Shown here piece by piece: positions 26,260 to 37,146 of a DNA stretch of 48,452 nt. Each line of letters opens with the position of its first letter. The first letter of the stretch is position 1. A model generated the notes under the pieces. That model saw only the letters and a list, made by a program, of their open reading frames with translations. It had not been told where the DNA came from and made no database searches. The DNA comes from Deltaproteobacteria bacterium (GTDB lineage Bacteria > Desulfobacterota > Binatia > Binatales > Binataceae), in NCBI GenBank assembly GCA_021792265.1, contig JAJYVB010000001.1, forward strand, positions 1 to 48,452, written 5' to 3'. The translations under genes were made by a program, and so were the position numbers.

Positions 26260-28209
26260 TCAGATCCTCAGCGCGGCCAGAAACCCTTCGCGGATTGCCG
26301 AGTCGATCTTGCGCGGCGAGACGCAGTCTCCGGCCGCGTACAACTCCGGCACCTTGCCCTTGAGCTCGCGGTAAAGTCCGTCGCACACCTCGTTGTCTAC
26401 CGTGTGAACCAGCGAATCGGCGGCGAGCACGCGTTCGCGGCGGGAAAAAATGTCGCGCACAACGACGCCGTCAGGCGTCACGCCAGACACGATCGTAAAC
26501 GGCAGGATAGTGACGTCGTGCTCGGCCATACGCTGATAAAATGGGGGGACTGTATTCGGGGGCAGGTCCCACCCGGCGAACGCGCGGAACGTCACCAGGG
26601 TTACTTTTTTTCCTTGCTGCGCGAGCAGCTCCGCGGTCCCGCAGCATTTCCAATGACTCTCGCCGCCATCGAACACCACGACCACGTTTCCCGCCTCGAC
26701 CTTGCGCTGAATCACGTCCACGGCGTGAAAGACGCGGACTCGATCGTTGGACTTAAACGGAAGTGCGGCGGGAGCCGAACCGGTTGCGATTACCACCGCG
26801 TCCGGGCGCAACTCACCAATCGTCCGCGTGCTTGCTTCAGTGTTGAGACGGACTTCGACGCCCAAGCGCCGCACCTGGCCCACCAGATGCGAGGTCGCCT
26901 CGGCCACCTCCTCGCGTCCCGGCAGCCGGCAGGCGATCAATATCTGGCCGCCGAGTTCCGGTCCGCGCTCGAGTATGACGACCTGCTGACCGCGCAAGGC
27001 CGCGGTCTCGGCCGCCTTGAGCCCCGCGGGCCCTCCTCCGACCACGAGCACTCGCTTCTTGCGCTGAGCCGGCGCAATTTTTCCCACACCCAGCTCCCGC
27101 TCGAGTCCAACAGCCGGATTGAGCACGCATTCGATGGCGAGGCCCTGATCGTAGCGCTGGAGGCATCCCTGGTTGCAGGAGATGCAATAGCGGATCTCCT
27201 CAGCGCGCCCGCTTTCCGCCTTGCCCGGAAGTTCCGGATCGCAAAGGGTCGCGCGCCCCATCCCGACCATGTCGGCCTGGCCTTCGGCCAGTATCCGCTC
27301 GGCATGAAACGGGTCCTTTATCCGCAGCACGGTCAACACCGGCATCCTGACCGCGCGCTTCACCAGGGCCGCGAACGGCACCGCAGCGCCCGGTGCTACC
27401 CGCATGTCGCCGATCCAGATCGGCACTGCCGCAAAATCGCCCACCCGCGCCGTGAGGAAGTTGAGCATCCCGCCTGAATCCAGGCGCGCTGCGATTTCCT
27501 GGCCCTCCTCGACGGTGATGCCGTGCGGATTGAGTTCGTCGATGCTAAGACTGGTCCCCAGCACCATGTCGCTGCCGATCTGCTCACGGATAGCGGCCAG
27601 GATCTCATCGAGAAAGCGCATCCGGTTTTCGAGCGATCCCCCGTACTCGTCGGAGCGCACGTTGGTGGCCGGCGATAAAAAACTGCCGATCATGAAGCCG
27701 TGCGCGCCCTGAAGCTCAATCCCGTCGAAACCGGCTTCCTTGATAATCTTGGCCGTGCGCGCGTAGCTGGCTACCATCTCCCTGATCTCGTCATGGTCCA
27801 TCGCGTGCGTAATCGCGAGCGCGCCGCGGCGCGTGGGCGACGGTCCCCAGGTGGGAAGGTGCGAGTAGGCGGGCAGCGCATGGCGGCCCGGGTTATGGAT
27901 GAGCTGGAAGATTTTGGCGCCGTGCGCGTGGATCATGTCGGTCAGCTCGCGCAGGTGCGGGATATGGCGTTCGTCGAGCACAGCGAACCTGTGAGCGACC
28001 GCGACCGGATGCGCACAGACCTCGGACATCACGATAAGCCCGATCCCGCCCTTGGCGCGCTCGGCATGAAAATGGGCCAGCCGATCCCACCAGCCTCGGG
28101 CCTCGTCCTCGAGCATGCTAGTGGCGTAAGGCGGCGAGAAGATCCGGTTGCGAATCGTAACCGGGCCGATTTGGAGCGGGGTGAACAGATGCTTGAACTG
28201 CGATACCAT
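26260..28209 (-). CDS. NADH:flavin oxidoreductase / 2,4-dienoyl-CoA reductase-like enzyme (OYE domain + 4Fe-4S + FAD/NAD domain)
   Basis: OYE N-terminus LFTPLQIGPVTIRNRI...GFDGIELQGAHGF, Cys motif CISCNQGC, Rossmann VLVVGGGPAGLKAAE. Confidence 0.9.
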   Translation of the reverse strand: MVSQFKHLFTPLQIGPVTIRNRIFSPPYATSMLEDEARGWWDRLAHFHAERAKGGIGLIVMSEVCAHPVAVAHRFAVLDERHIPHLRELTDMIHAHGAKIFQLIHNPGRHALPAYSHLPTWGPSPTRRGALAITHAMDHDEIREMVASYARTAKIIKEAGFDGIELQGAHGFMIGSFLSPATNVRSDEYGGSLENRMRFLDEILAAIREQIGSDMVLGTSLSIDELNPHGITVEEGQEIAARLDSGGMLNFLTARVGDFAAVPIWIGDMRVAPGAAVPFAALVKRAVRMPVLTVLRIKDPFHAERILAEGQADMVGMGRATLCDPELPGKAESGRAEEIRYCISCNQGCLQRYDQGLAIECVLNPAVGLERELGVGKIAPAQRKKRVLVVGGGPAGLKAAETAALRGQQVVILERGPELGGQILIACRLPGREEVAEATSHLVGQVRRLGVEVRLNTEASTRTIGELRPDAVVIATGSAPAALPFKSNDRVRVFHAVDVIQRKVEAGNVVVVFDGGESHWKCCGTAELLAQQGKKVTLVTFRAFAGWDLPPNTVPPFYQRMAEHDVTILPFTIVSGVTPDGVVVRDIFSRRERVLAADSLVHTVDNEVCDGLYRELKGKVPELYAAGDCVSPRKIDSAIREGFLAALRI

Positions 28210-28816
28210 TTTTGTGCTCCCGCCAGCCCAACACGCTACGGCGCCTTGCTTCTAAAACCGGAATTTCCCATATTAACCCGTCCGAACTATCCCCGTACCA
28301 CCCTACGCGCCGCAGGGCAATGGTTCGGGCCTCGCTGCGCGACTGGCAGGCAGTTGCTCGTTGCTCTTGGCAGGGAGGAGCCGAAGCGAACTCCCAATGG
28401 CGGCTTCCGAGCCGCGCTGAGGCCGCGTTCCCGCCGGTTTTCAGGAGCACTTCACCGTCTCACCGCCCGCTCGCAACTTAGTTTACGAACCGTCGCCGCT
28501 AGCGCCTGTCCGGGCTGTGCGGATACCTGCATTGATCGCGGCACAGGGGCGCGCGTGTAAAGGCCGGAGCTCAAGAGCGAATCGCGTTGGCAGCCGCAGG
28601 GCGGGCAATCGGTTGCGGCTAATTGCACGCATGGAGACTGCTGCCCGAGGCTGAATTCTGCCTTCGCATCTTGCCGCGTCTCTTCCAACCGGACGGCTGG
28701 TGAAGGAAACTCTGATGCCGGACCGGCTGCTTGTAGCCCGGTCTTTTCACAAGCCGGACAACCAGGTGGTCGTCGTGATGCCAGCCGGTGCAGGCAACGA
28801 CGAGCGGGAGAGAAAC

Positions 28817-30490
28817 ATGAAAGCCAAGGGATTCGAATACCGGTTTCGCAAACCCTATGCGACGCCGAGCGAGCGGGGCGTGCAGCCGCCGGTCTATAGC
28901 CGCAACGTGGAGGGCGGGATGCTTATCGAGCGCAACGTGGCCGTAACGCTGCGCGATGGCGTGAAGATCTACATTGACGTGTTCCGCCCCGCGGACGAAA
29001 AACCCGCACCGCCGATCATCGCGTGGACGCCCTACGGCAAGCATTCGAACGGCGAGCTGGAAAAAAGTCCGAAAACCGGCGTGCGCCCGGGCATGGTCTC
29101 CCGCTTTGCGACCTTCGAGGGACCAGATCCCGTCTACTGGGTGCCGCGCGGCTACGCGATCGTCAACGCCGACATCCGTGGGCTGTGGTACTCGGAAGGC
29201 AACGCCACCGTCGTGTCGCCCGAAGAAGCGGAGGACTTCTACGATTTGATCGAGTGGGCCGGCGTCCAACCATGGAGCAACGGCAAGGTCGGGCTCTCGG
29301 GCGTTTCCTATCTGGCAGTGACTCAGTGGCGCGTCGCGGAGCTGCACCCGCCGCATCTGGCCGCAATCAATCCGTGGGAAGGATGGACCGACACCTATCG
29401 CGAAGTGGTTCGCCACGGCGGCATCCCCGACAGTTGGTTCTGGGCGAACACCCTTGCCAACGCCTGGGGCGTCGGCACCATTTCTATCGAAGATATCGTC
29501 GAAGAGGCCAGGGAGCATCAGTTCTACGATGCTTACTGGGCGTCAAAAACCGCCGATCTTGCGAAGGTTGCCGTGCCGGCCTTTGTCGTTGCGTGCTGGG
29601 CCGACCAGGGTCTCCATCTGCGCGGAACCCTGGAGGGCTTCCGGCGCATTGCTTCCGCGCAGAAGTGGCTTGAAGTGCACGGCCGCAAGAAGTGGGCCTA
29701 TTACTACGAGCCGGAAAGCGTAAAGCGGCTGCAAGAGTTCTTCGACTACTTCCTCAAGGGCGCCGCCTCTCCCGTGACGCAATGGCCGCGGGTGCGGCTA
29801 GAGGTGCGCGAGAAGTATTTCGTGGGAAAGATCCGCGCCGCGAACGAATGGCCCCTGGCCGATACGCGGTACACCAAACTTCATCTCGACGCAAAGACGG
29901 GCACGATACAGCCCGCTCCGGTTAGCGAAACAGCCTCGTGCAGTTACGACGCTTTGGGCGGAGGGCCCGGCGCTCATCGCGCCGAATTCGACTTCATCTT
30001 CAAGGAAGCCGCCGAACTAATTGGCTACACGAAGCTGAAGCTGTTCATGGCGGCGCAGGGCGCCGACGACATGGATATCTTCGCCGGAGCCTACAAGTTC
30101 GACGCAACCGGGCGGTTCGTTCCGCTCGCCTACTATACTTTCTTCGAAGACGGTCCCGTCGCCCTGGGCTGGCTGCGGGCCTCGCATCGCGAGGTCGACG
30201 CTGCGAAATCAACGGAGTATCAGCCGGTTTTGGCGCACCGGCGGGCCTTGAAGATCGAACCGGGCACTGTCGTGCCTCTGGAGATCGAACTCTGGCCTTC
30301 GGGGACACGCTTTGAGGCCGGCGAGCGCTTGCGGCTAATAGTCCAGGGGACCGATCTGCACAAATACTCGAAGATCGCCGATCCCATCTATACCCGGCAC
30401 GAAGACACGGTAAACAGCGGCCGGCACGTTATTTACACGGGAGGGCAATACGATTCATACCTGCTCGTCCCGGTGGCCCCGCCGCAGTAG
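28817..30490 (+). CDS. CocE/NonD family hydrolase (X-Pro dipeptidyl-peptidase S15 fold)
   Basis: RDGVKIYIDVFRP, TPYGK and nucleophile elbow KVGLSGVSYLA, plus the C-terminal beta-sandwich. ATG 28817 has a GGGAGA RBS; the upstream ATG 28700 is less likely. Confidence 0.9.
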   Translation: MKAKGFEYRFRKPYATPSERGVQPPVYSRNVEGGMLIERNVAVTLRDGVKIYIDVFRPADEKPAPPIIAWTPYGKHSNGELEKSPKTGVRPGMVSRFATFEGPDPVYWVPRGYAIVNADIRGLWYSEGNATVVSPEEAEDFYDLIEWAGVQPWSNGKVGLSGVSYLAVTQWRVAELHPPHLAAINPWEGWTDTYREVVRHGGIPDSWFWANTLANAWGVGTISIEDIVEEAREHQFYDAYWASKTADLAKVAVPAFVVACWADQGLHLRGTLEGFRRIASAQKWLEVHGRKKWAYYYEPESVKRLQEFFDYFLKGAASPVTQWPRVRLEVREKYFVGKIRAANEWPLADTRYTKLHLDAKTGTIQPAPVSETASCSYDALGGGPGAHRAEFDFIFKEAAELIGYTKLKLFMAAQGADDMDIFAGAYKFDATGRFVPLAYYTFFEDGPVALGWLRASHREVDAAKSTEYQPVLAHRRALKIEPGTVVPLEIELWPSGTRFEAGERLRLIVQGTDLHKYSKIADPIYTRHEDTVNSGRHVIYTGGQYDSYLLVPVAPPQ

Positions 30491-30529
30491 CGGTGGCCCG
30501 CGCCCTCCCGATTATCGCAGCGCCGACAG

Positions 30530-30831
30530 CTAATCGGTGATTTTTGCAAGGCTTGGAAGAGAGCATGCAAAAAGACTTGGCTCAGCGGAATCATTGTTCA
30601 TGATCTGCGCCGTACCGCTGTCCGGAACATGGTGCGCGCCGGCATCCCGGAACGCGTCGCGATGGAACTTAGCGGCCACAAGACACGCCGTGTTTTGACC
30701 GCTACAGCATCGTTAGCAACGAAGACCTCGCGGCTGCAACGGAACGGCTCCAGAAACATCTGGAGGCCAAGCCGATCTACGGCAGAATCAGCTCCCTTGA
30801 AAGGAGCCGCCACGACATTCCTGCGCAGTGA
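30530..30831 (+). pseudogene. tyrosine recombinase/phage integrase, C-terminal fragment with a frameshift
   Basis: [49 protein letters not shown], then in another frame [25 protein letters not shown]... The catalytic HxLRxT...GH...Y region is present and the N-terminal ~250 aa are absent. Confidence 0.75.
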
Positions 30832-30897
30832 ATCCTCTCTCGTTCATCCCGTAGGAAGTCGGCCTCCTGGCAATCAATCTGGCGCAATAACAACCAG

Positions 30898-31821
30898 TCA
30901 CCGTTGTTTCTTATCCATCTGCGCGAGAATCGAGCGCAGCGCTGAGAATGCGGTCTCGGCATCGTGTTCGTTGAAGTTGATGTTCTCCCGAATCTCGAAG
31001 CCCGGGTGCGAGAGATTCCGATACTTCCTTAGCGGCGATGGGAACGTGTCGATCGCGGGCGCAAACATTCGCAGCTCTTTGGCAACGGCTAGGAGGGTTC
31101 CAAGCTCCCAGCGGGTGATATCGGAATTCTGTCCTTTTGCCGCTGCGGTCGTTTTTGCTTTCGCGCTTCTTCGCGAAAGCGCGCTCAGCAGGACCGCTTC
31201 GAGTATTCCACCGACGAGAATCAAAACACTCTTCTGGCACTTGGCCGTCCGCGCTCTGCAGCACTCTTTCCAGTCGCGTTCGGCGATCCGCCGCAGCTTC
31301 AGCGACGTAATGAAGGAAAAATCCTCCTGCGGGTCCTTCGCATCCTTTTCCGCTTGTATTTGACGCTTGCGTTCCCGTATTTCCAGCTCTCCTTTTGCGC
31401 GTTTCCAGATCGGTGAGTCGGGCTGCCCGCGTTGCATCTGCTCGATGACTTGCTCGTCACTTAGTCGTGCCCAATAGTTGGGGTCGTCTATGGTGGTTAA
31501 CGTCGGGGGCCTGCTCATACGCTCCCTCAGAGAAACTTGGCTCTTTATCACTGGGCGAAGGTTGGATAATTGCCAGGCACGTGCCAATTCTTCAGCGTCC
31601 TCGCCGTTCGATGGTTGATTAAGAAAATAGAAGGCAAATTCGGTTTGCGACACCGGCTCGTTAAGCGCTTGCCGCCAGGACTGCTCGTCGTAATCTCGGA
31701 TCGCTTGGTGGCTGAACGCTTTTCTGAGGTTACGACTAAACCACCAATCTGTGCGGTCGTCTCTTCGAAAGCCGCGTTGCGAAAGGACCTGTTCCCGATT
31801 CACATGGCCCATTTGCAGCAC
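30898..31821 (-). CDS. hypothetical protein, C-terminal helical domain with a HEPN-like motif
   Basis: 307-aa ORF with GTG start and an AGGAG RBS. Normal composition in lower-GC DNA. C-terminus ...[16 protein letters not shown]...[11 protein letters not shown]...[13 protein letters not shown] resembles HEPN-type four-helix domains. Confidence 0.6.
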   Translation of the reverse strand: MLQMGHVNREQVLSQRGFRRDDRTDWWFSRNLRKAFSHQAIRDYDEQSWRQALNEPVSQTEFAFYFLNQPSNGEDAEELARAWQLSNLRPVIKSQVSLRERMSRPPTLTTIDDPNYWARLSDEQVIEQMQRGQPDSPIWKRAKGELEIRERKRQIQAEKDAKDPQEDFSFITSLKLRRIAERDWKECCRARTAKCQKSVLILVGGILEAVLLSALSRRSAKAKTTAAAKGQNSDITRWELGTLLAVAKELRMFAPAIDTFPSPLRKYRNLSHPGFEIRENINFNEHDAETAFSALRSILAQMDKKQR

Positions 31822-32136
31822 CCCCGGCTCCTACCATTGTTCTTCGATCCCGACCACAAGAACGTTCGGCTACTGCAAAGTCTGGGGCACCCTTCGTTGC
31901 AGTTGCCGACTAAACGAAAGCTGCCATTCGTGCTGGAGCGGACGTTGCCGCCAACCTGCACGCAATGAGGCACGACTGATGAGGACACTATAGCTTTGCA
32001 GGCCCCCCTGATCCCACAAACGTCGCAGGGGCTTGGCGTCGTGAAGAGAATCCCGGCAGCCTTGACAAATGCGGACAGAATGCGGGCAATTCGCCTTGTC
32101 CGTTATGTCCGTGAACCAAAAAACCCTTGATTTTAT

Positions 32137-32213
32137 TGGTGGAGCTGAACGGGATCGAACCGTCGACCTCCTGAATGCCATTCAGGCGCTCTCCCAAACT
32201 GAGCTACAGCCCC
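32137..32213 (-). tRNA. tRNA-Ala (anticodon GGC), CCA encoded
   Basis: Hand-folded cloverleaf: acceptor GGGGCUG/CAGCUCC with the G3:U70 Ala identity pair, D-arm GCUC/GAGC, anticodon stem CCUGA/UCAGG with loop AUGGCAU, T-arm GACGG-UUCGAUC-CCGUU, 3' ACCA. Confidence 0.95.
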
Positions 32214-32271
32214 ACCCGGCGGACCATCACAGCTAAACGCAGGCGGGCGGCATAGTCAACGGGAGCCCCTG

Positions 32272-32379
32272 GCAGGTTGGTGAAAAGGTGTTTTCACCAA
32301 CCTGCTCCCCTCACTGTAATCTCTCCCGATGGGAGAGAGCTAAACGAATGAAGCCGATTTTTTCGGCAGGCTGTTGAGC
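32272..32379 (-). repeat. ~106-bp structured intergenic repeat, copy 2 (inverted relative to copy 1)
   Basis: The reverse complement aligns with 18073..18178. Both hairpin stems are conserved while the loops differ (atc vs tcc; cacc vs ggcc). Confidence 0.75.
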
Positions 32380-32393
32380 GCCAGACCCTGCCG

Positions 32394-34106
32394 CTAGCCT
32401 CCTTGGGCGCGGGCGATAAGCTCGCGCGCGGCGCGGCGGAATTTCTCGCTTGCCGCCCCGCCCAGCATCCGGGCAATCTCCTCGGCGCGCTCGGCCTCCG
32501 AAAGCCGGCGCACGCGGCTGCGCGTCGAGCGCCCGCTTTCCTCCTTCTCGACCGTGAAATGCCGGTCGGCGAAGGCGGCGATCTGAGCAAGATGGGTTAC
32601 GCATAGCACCTGATGGTAGCGGCCGAGTTCCTTGAGCTTGCGGCCGACGACCGTGGCCACCTCGCCGCCGATGCCGGCGTCAACTTCGTCGAAAACCATC
32701 GTTGGCAGGCCGCGGCGGCGGGCCTCCAGGCGCTTGAGCGCCAGCATCACGCGCGAAAGTTCGCCGCCCGAGGCGATCCGCCCCAGCGGCATCGGCGGCT
32801 GCCCCAGGTTGGGCGCCAGATAAAACTCGATCCGCTCGGCACCCGACGGGCCAAGCGCTGCGTCGCGACAGGCCAGCACGCTCTCGGAGGGCGCGAGCGG
32901 GTCGAGCCGCGCTTCGAAACGCGGGCTCCTCATTCCCAGCGCCTTCAGCTCGGATTCCATCAGGCGCTTGAGTTCGTTGGCTGCCCTGCGACGCCCCTGG
33001 CTGAGCGCCTGTGCGGCGCGCGCCGACGCTTCCAGTGCTACCACGAGGTCGGCTTCGGCTTGCGCGCGCTGCTCGTCCATCCCCTCGAGGTTGCCCACTT
33101 CGCCACGCGCCTGCTCGAGCGCCTGGATCGCGTTTTCGACGCTGCCGCCGTACTTGCGCTTTAGCCGGCCGATCTCCTGCAACCTCGCATCGACCTGCTC
33201 CAGGCGCGCCGGGTCGGCCTCGATTCTGCCCAGGTAAGTGCGCAGTTCCATGCCAACGCTCTCGACCTGAGCGCGGGCAGTACTGAGACTGCCGAGAAGC
33301 GCTTGCAGGCGTCCGTCGATGGCGCCAGCTTCGGCCAGACGGGCCTCGGCGCGTGCAATAAGTTCGCCGGCCGCGCCGTCGCCGCCGTAGAGTGTCTGTT
33401 CGGCTTCGGAGGCCGCCGTGCCAAGGCGGGCGGCGTTGGCCAGGACCTGACGCTCTGCCAGAAGCTCTTCGTCTTCGCCGGGGTGCAGGCTGACGCGTTC
33501 GAGTTCGGCGAGCCGAAAGCGCGCGAGTTCGAGGAGCTCGCTTCTTTGCGCCGCGCGCTCCGCCAGCTCCTCGACCCGGGCCTGCGCTGCTCGCGCCCGG
33601 TCGAACATCTCCCGGTAGCTTTGGCGTTGGCCGTCGAGTTGTCCGAAGCGGTCGAGGAGCCGCTCGTGGCTTTCCAAGCGCAAAAGCGACTGCGCTTCGT
33701 GCTGGCCGTAAACCTCGACTAGGGAAGAGCCAAGGCGCGAAAGCACCTGGACGGTGCCGAGCGCGTCGTTAATCGTGACTCGTGAGCGTCCGCCGTCGGC
33801 AGCGATGGTCCGGCGGATTAAAAGCTCGCGCGCTTCGGCCTCCGGCGCGCCGTCGCCGCCCCGCTCCGCCAGTAATGCGCGCGCTTTCTCGCCTTCCAGT
33901 TCAAAGAGCCCCTCGACCACGCTTTCCCGCGCGCCCGGGCGGATCATGTCGGGCGACGCGCGCATCCCAAACAGCAGCCCCAGGGCGCTCATCACGAGCG
34001 TCTTGCCCGCGCCGGTTTCGCCCGAGAGCACGTTCAGTCCCGGTCCGAGCTCGAGCGCGGCTTCCTCGATCACGGCGAAGTTTCGGACCCTCAGCTCGGC
34101 AAGCAT
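32394..34106 (-). CDS. recN: DNA repair protein RecN
   Basis: MLAELRVRNFAVIEEA...LNVLSGETGAGKT Walker A, long coiled-coil middle, C-terminal ASGGELSRVMLALK signature and VFDEVDAGIGG. Start at ATG 34106. Confidence 0.95.
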   Translation of the reverse strand: MLAELRVRNFAVIEEAALELGPGLNVLSGETGAGKTLVMSALGLLFGMRASPDMIRPGARESVVEGLFELEGEKARALLAERGGDGAPEAEARELLIRRTIAADGGRSRVTINDALGTVQVLSRLGSSLVEVYGQHEAQSLLRLESHERLLDRFGQLDGQRQSYREMFDRARAAQARVEELAERAAQRSELLELARFRLAELERVSLHPGEDEELLAERQVLANAARLGTAASEAEQTLYGGDGAAGELIARAEARLAEAGAIDGRLQALLGSLSTARAQVESVGMELRTYLGRIEADPARLEQVDARLQEIGRLKRKYGGSVENAIQALEQARGEVGNLEGMDEQRAQAEADLVVALEASARAAQALSQGRRRAANELKRLMESELKALGMRSPRFEARLDPLAPSESVLACRDAALGPSGAERIEFYLAPNLGQPPMPLGRIASGGELSRVMLALKRLEARRRGLPTMVFDEVDAGIGGEVATVVGRKLKELGRYHQVLCVTHLAQIAAFADRHFTVEKEESGRSTRSRVRRLSEAERAEEIARMLGGAASEKFRRAARELIARAQGG

Positions 34107-34198
34107 CGCCGCCGCAACTCCTCTACCGCGATCGCACGGTGCCAATCATGAAAGCTGGCCGCAAGGAGCGCCCGCGTTGACGGCCCATCGGAATCGTC

Positions 34199-35056
34199 TT
34201 ATCCCCAGTGAAGTTTGTTGCGCCAGATCTCGAAGTAGGGGTGGGTCGACCGCACCAGCGCGACGGGATTGTCGGCGCGGCGCACCCGGACGGCGTCGCG
34301 CGGGCGGAATTCGAGCAACTCCTGGCTGTCGGCGGTCACGCGGGCGTCCTCGGCGCCGGGGCCTACGCGCACTTCCAGCTCGAAGGAGTCTGGCAGGACT
34401 GCCGGCCGGTTGCCGAGCGCGTGCGGGCATATGGGCGCCAGGATGATCGCGCCAACGGTGGGAAAGACAATCGGGCCGCCTGCGCTCAGGGCGTAGGCTG
34501 TGGAACCGGTAGGGGTGGCGATTATCAGCCCGTCGGCGCGGTAGGAGCAGAACGGCTGCGCGTCCGCGACCACGGAAATGTCGAGCATCCGGCGCGCGTC
34601 GTGGCGATTGACAACCATGTCATTGAGCGCGCGCAGCCGCTTGACCGGCGAACCGGACAGCGTCGCTTCCAGCGTTATGCGGTGGTCAACCTCGTAGTCG
34701 CCCGCAAGGACCCGCTCGAGAGCTGGCTTGGCCTCGGCTACGGGCACCTCGGTCAGGAAGCCCAAGCCTCCCAGATTGATGCCCAGGATTGGGACGGAAG
34801 GGTCCTCAATCAGCCGGGCGATTCCCAGGAGCGTACCGTCGCCGCCGAGCACGAGAATCAGGTCAGCTTGCCGGGCGAGTTCGAGGGCTGACAGGGGCTC
34901 GGCGGCGAGCGCACCGGCGAACTCGGGTTCGCTCATGACCTGAAGCTTGTGCGCACTCATCAGAGCGGCAAGCTCCTTAGCGAGCGCGAGCGCACGTGCT
35001 TCGCCTCGCCTGACCACCATTGCTACCGCCTTTATCGCGCGCTTGCCCACCTGCAC
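34199..35056 (-). CDS. nadK: NAD kinase
   Basis: LILVLGGDGTLL, INLGGLGFL and ADGLIIATPTGSTAYALSAGGPI are canonical motifs. The conserved nadK-recN arrangement is present. Confidence 0.95.
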   Translation of the reverse strand: MQVGKRAIKAVAMVVRRGEARALALAKELAALMSAHKLQVMSEPEFAGALAAEPLSALELARQADLILVLGGDGTLLGIARLIEDPSVPILGINLGGLGFLTEVPVAEAKPALERVLAGDYEVDHRITLEATLSGSPVKRLRALNDMVVNRHDARRMLDISVVADAQPFCSYRADGLIIATPTGSTAYALSAGGPIVFPTVGAIILAPICPHALGNRPAVLPDSFELEVRVGPGAEDARVTADSQELLEFRPRDAVRVRRADNPVALVRSTHPYFEIWRNKLHWG

Positions 35057-35172
35057 CGGATCGCGTCACTCGCAACTATCGCGGGCGCGGCCGCCGCGGC
35101 CGTCGCTTGCGCGTGGCGCAATCGTATAAGATTTTATCCCCGGTGCGCGAACGGCATCTTTTCGCCTCGACA

Positions 35173-37055
<1,883 letters not shown>

Positions 37056-37146
37056 GCCTGCAGCGGCGCGATACCGGCGGCCGTGCAACGAGGGATCGCC
37101 GCCGCGTCGTGTCGGCAGCGTTCGGAAAGAGCGCCGGTCCGGCCGC

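Larger units (their letters stand above)
30530..31821. mobile_element. degraded integrative-element remnant facing the 3' end of tRNA-Ala
   Basis: Tyrosine-recombinase C-terminal fragment plus an orphan gene in visibly more AT-rich DNA, ending about 315 nt from the tRNA 3' end. No att direct repeat found by eye. Confidence 0.45.

Noticed and set aside
26218-27477. 419-aa plus-strand ORF
   Set aside because: It is antisense to the OYE/FadH-like reductase, which has clear family motifs. No motifs of its own; shadow ORF.
28619-29518. 299-aa minus-strand ORF
   Set aside because: It is antisense to the CocE/NonD hydrolase. No recognisable motifs.
30629-31363. 244-aa plus-strand ORF as a real gene
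   Set aside because: Only its first ~20 codons are integrase-like. After the frameshift near 30693 the frame is meaningless, and it overlaps the better-supported minus-strand 307-aa gene.
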